From Lepidodermella squamata (Eukaryota > Animalia > Gastrotricha), in assembly GCA_047495785.1 (NCBI GenBank), contig JBLDXI010000016.1, positions 248,001 through 312,000 of the forward strand: a DNA stretch of 64,000 nt. Reading direction: 5' to 3'. A program made the position numbers and the translations under genes. Each line of letters begins with the position of its first letter. Within the stretch, counting starts at the first letter, position 1. The notes under the pieces were generated by a model. That model had not been told where the DNA came from. It made no database searches and saw nothing but the letters and a program-made list of their open reading frames with translations. Shown piece after piece: positions 60,818-64,000 of the stretch.

Positions 60818-63798
60818 TATTTTGAACTTCAATTGTATTCAAGGAGCTATAGGCTATACTAGGTAATACTGATGTATGCAAGCGTATCCATTCAACATTG
60901 AACAGCCAACAGAAAAAATTAATCCGATAATCGTGAGTTAATCGCGAAAAGCGTAGCAAAAAACGTTCACAAGTTTGAATTGAAATTGAGTTTCGGATAA
61001 AAAAAAGGTATGATTCTTTTTAAAGCATTAACTGCACTGAGTTGGGGTAACCAAAACGGGGGAATTTAAGTTTTGGCAGCATTTTCGCTTCGATAAGATG
61101 CTTCGAAATCCGTAAGATTCTGTTAACATGAGAAATTTCGGCATTGATTAAGACTGTTCGACACTGTGAACTGCAAGACTTCAAATAATCAAAGAAATGC
61201 ACAATATAACGTTTCCTGATCGATACTGATCCACTCCATGGTATCTTATTTTATCGATAGTTAGCCCTCAGCTTTAAAGGGAACGTATCGATGTTGTGTT
61301 CCAAGGTGGTTGATATCGAAAAAATCTCTGATTTTCAAAATCGATAATTGAAATTGATATTCGGCGCTGTAAGCAGAGCAAAGCAGAGCAAGCAGAGCAA
61401 AATTTTAGTTCTTCTCATATTTTCTCAAAATTGCTCAAAAATTGCAGGCGAAAAGTCTAGACTGAAATCAGCGGGAATCTCGTATCACAAGGATAGAGTT
61501 AACATAACGTTTAATTGAATTCCGCTTAGTCCGCATGTTCAGTCAGCCGGATTAGACACCTGTGACCTACATGTAAGACACCCATAGAGAGACAAACCAC
61601 CGGAGAAAACTCAACAAACCGCTGTTTTGCGGAAATTAAATTATAGACATTTCACTTTTCGCGTGATTTCAATTATCAGAAATCTTCGGCATGTAAAATT
61701 GTCAATAGAAAACGAGAAAATTCATGCAATTTGCTTATTTACAAAATAACCAGTTTTCTTTTATATTTTCGCCTCATTATGATGAATTATCTGAAATTCA
61801 ATAAATCAATTCATAAATCAATTTTGAAATAACCGACTTCAAAATTGACCCAGATTTTTTTTCGCCATTTTCGCCAAACAACATTTTTTCAATTTCATTT
61901 TTCGATTAGAAAATTCAAAAAATATCAGAAAATTATTCCTTCAATAGCGATTTTTCGTGATTTTTATCCTCATTCCAGGCGGCAAAATTTTGCGTAGCGC
62001 ATGGTTTGAAAAATAGCCGTTTTTTTCTTCCATTACCCTCGCGGATAAAAATCCGCAACAATTTTTCCGTCGCACACTCAAATGAAATCAAGCGAAATAT
62101 TGATTATATTACACATCATTTTATGCGCGCTGCCGAAAGCGGCTGAATTTTATCAAAATTCGCATCTCAACACATCAGGATGTGGCCGGGTAATAATAAC
62201 GAAAACGCCGCAGCAGCTATACATCATGCGCGCTGCTGTATATGCGCGTTTTATAATAAATTACAGCGCGCGTCTGCTTTTATCTGAATTCGATGGCTGC
62301 TTTCCGCGAAAATAACACGCGCAGCGGCAAATTCAATGTTCAATAATATAAAATATACGCAAGTACTCGTGCATTCATGTTAGCCCTGCAGGCGAAAATT
62401 CGGCCTCTAATAATAATAATAATAACGAAAATATAGTAATGAAACACACGCACACACACGGAGATCTAGGTCAGTGTTGTAATACTATTATTATTATTAT
62501 TAGTGCTATTTATAATAAGCGCCGTCGCCGCCGCATTCGCATTCACATTCGCATTTCGCCCGCATTTCGTGGCAATAATAATAATGCTCGCTTGAATACA
62601 GCACGCTGCACATATTACGTATACGCATTTTATTTGTATGATGCGTGTATATGTGCTGCGAAAACGAATTATAAGCCTAGCTATTTCGCTCTGCTTTGTG
62701 CTCCATATATACATATTGCCGTACTTACATATATAGCATAATATCCATGTGAATATGTTTAGGCTTTCTATAGAACGTTTTCGGTTGTACGCGCCAGCAG
62801 ACTTCAGGGCCCCTACTCGCATTTCGCCTATTTTCGTTTCACAGATTTTGTACTCAAGCCATGTATTTCTTAGCAAATTCAGCTACTATTTTTCAGACGA
62901 ATGCATTCCACTTGAAAATCGTGTCCCAAAATAGTTTTTCATATCCATTCGTTGTCGAGAATTAGCTCATTTTTATTCGTTTTATATTCGTTTTTACGAT
63001 TCGTATTTTTCGTTTTCGTATTTTTCCTAATTTCCAAATCATCAAAACATTTTTTATTGCGAAAATTGAAAAACTACTATTTCCTGTTCGAAGTCTCAAT
63101 TCCTAATAAGAATATTCGTGAATTTTTCCAATTTTAATTGGGCGCGATAACTTCGTGAATTGTATTCAAATGGTGAAATGACTTTTTCCAGTATTTAAAG
63201 AAAATATTCACATTTCTGGGAAATTGCAGAAAAAATGAAAAATTAACTTTAAGGCAAAACTATATTATTTAACTATTTTATATTCCAATTTTATTTCAAT
63301 TTTATCCCAATGGTAATTTGAAGGAAATACTTTTTCCAGTCAGTAAAGAATATATTCCTATTTCCTTTGAGGCCATATAATAATAGGCAAAGCTATTTTA
63401 TTTGACGGCCAAATTTTAATTGATTAAATTGGCAAAAATTCATTTTCGAAATTGCGAAAATGTTATGGCTAATTGGAAAAATTGAAAAATGACCTCGAAA
63501 TTTCACGTATTAAAGGTCGAAATTAGAAAAAATTCTGAAGTTTTTCCAGATAATTTTCTTAAATTTGAAAATATTGAAAATATGTAAAAACATATTTAAA
63601 GGCTAAATTTTTTAAAATTATAGAATCGCTAATTTTACTATCAGTGGGATAGTATTAGTTTAAAATTCGCAACAAAAATCGATAAATATTCATTTTGTTT
63701 TATAATTTTTATTTTTATTTTTTTATATTTCCCAATTTTTATTCTAGTTCAGAGTTTCAACAATTGATATTTTTGGAGACTCAGTTAATTGCGGCATA

Positions 63799-64000
63799 AT
63801 GTCCACCTCGACGAATACTCGCAAATATTCGCGCCGGTTGACATCTGAGGAAAAAATCCTCTTCGCCGCCGAAGTCGAGAAGCAACACGCGCTGTGGGAC
63901 CCATCGCACCCGGGCAGCGCATCGCTCAGCGCCGATATTTGGCAGGCGATAGGCGAAAAATTCAACCTGACAGCGGAAGATTGCCGCAGCAAGTGGATGT
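63799..64000 (+). CDS. MADF (Myb/SANT-like, Adf-1-type) DNA-binding protein, 5' end; runs off the window
   Basis: MSTSTNTRKYSRRLTSEEKILFAAEVEKQHALWDPSHPGSASLSADIWQAIGEKFNLTAEDCRSKWM shows the V...P/ALWD..HP....W..I........C..KW signature. Missing from the ORF track because it has no stop in the window. Confidence 0.85.
   Translation, partial: MSTSTNTRKYSRRLTSEEKILFAAEVEKQHALWDPSHPGSASLSADIWQAIGEKFNLTAEDCRSKWM

Noticed and set aside
62082-63137. Low-complexity ORFs (poly-I, poly-R, poly-N, poly-F)
   Set aside because: They derive from AAT, CGC and TTCG microrepeats in probable regulatory or intronic DNA upstream of the MADF gene.

Overview
This is animal (eukaryotic) genomic DNA with many short, roughly 50-nt GT-AG introns. 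Several features are nematode-like (astacin-EGF-CUB architecture, TTTCAG acceptors, EB-like Cys modules, 16-kDa nucleoredoxin/tryparedoxin-type thioredoxins, A/T-periodic introns), but the species cannot be determined. I saw no rRNA, tRNA or CRISPR. The window is a repeat-rich cluster of mostly secreted-protein genes. It holds five astacin-like paralogues in which the HExxHxxGxxH zinc motif and Met-turn are lost in every copy. The four complete copies continue into EGF-CUB-kringle-Cys-repeat domains; two copies look intact and three are broken in the same exon. It also holds three related intronless cationic prepropeptides, four EB-like Cys-rich surface or secreted proteins, a signal-peptide-bearing VWA5A-like VIT-vWA gene, and a signal-peptide-bearing Cys-decorated ankyrin gene. 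Non-secreted genes are a vWA + Nab2-type CCCH fusion with a finger-less duplicate, an intronless frameshifted 2OG-Fe(II) dioxygenase, four tandem nucleoredoxin-like genes with diverged active sites, and the start of a MADF gene. Mobile DNA includes a P-element/THAP9-type transposase relic, four LINE 3' fragments, a 3-kb long-TIR element and several MITEs. Exon boundaries were read by eye and are approximate where noted.
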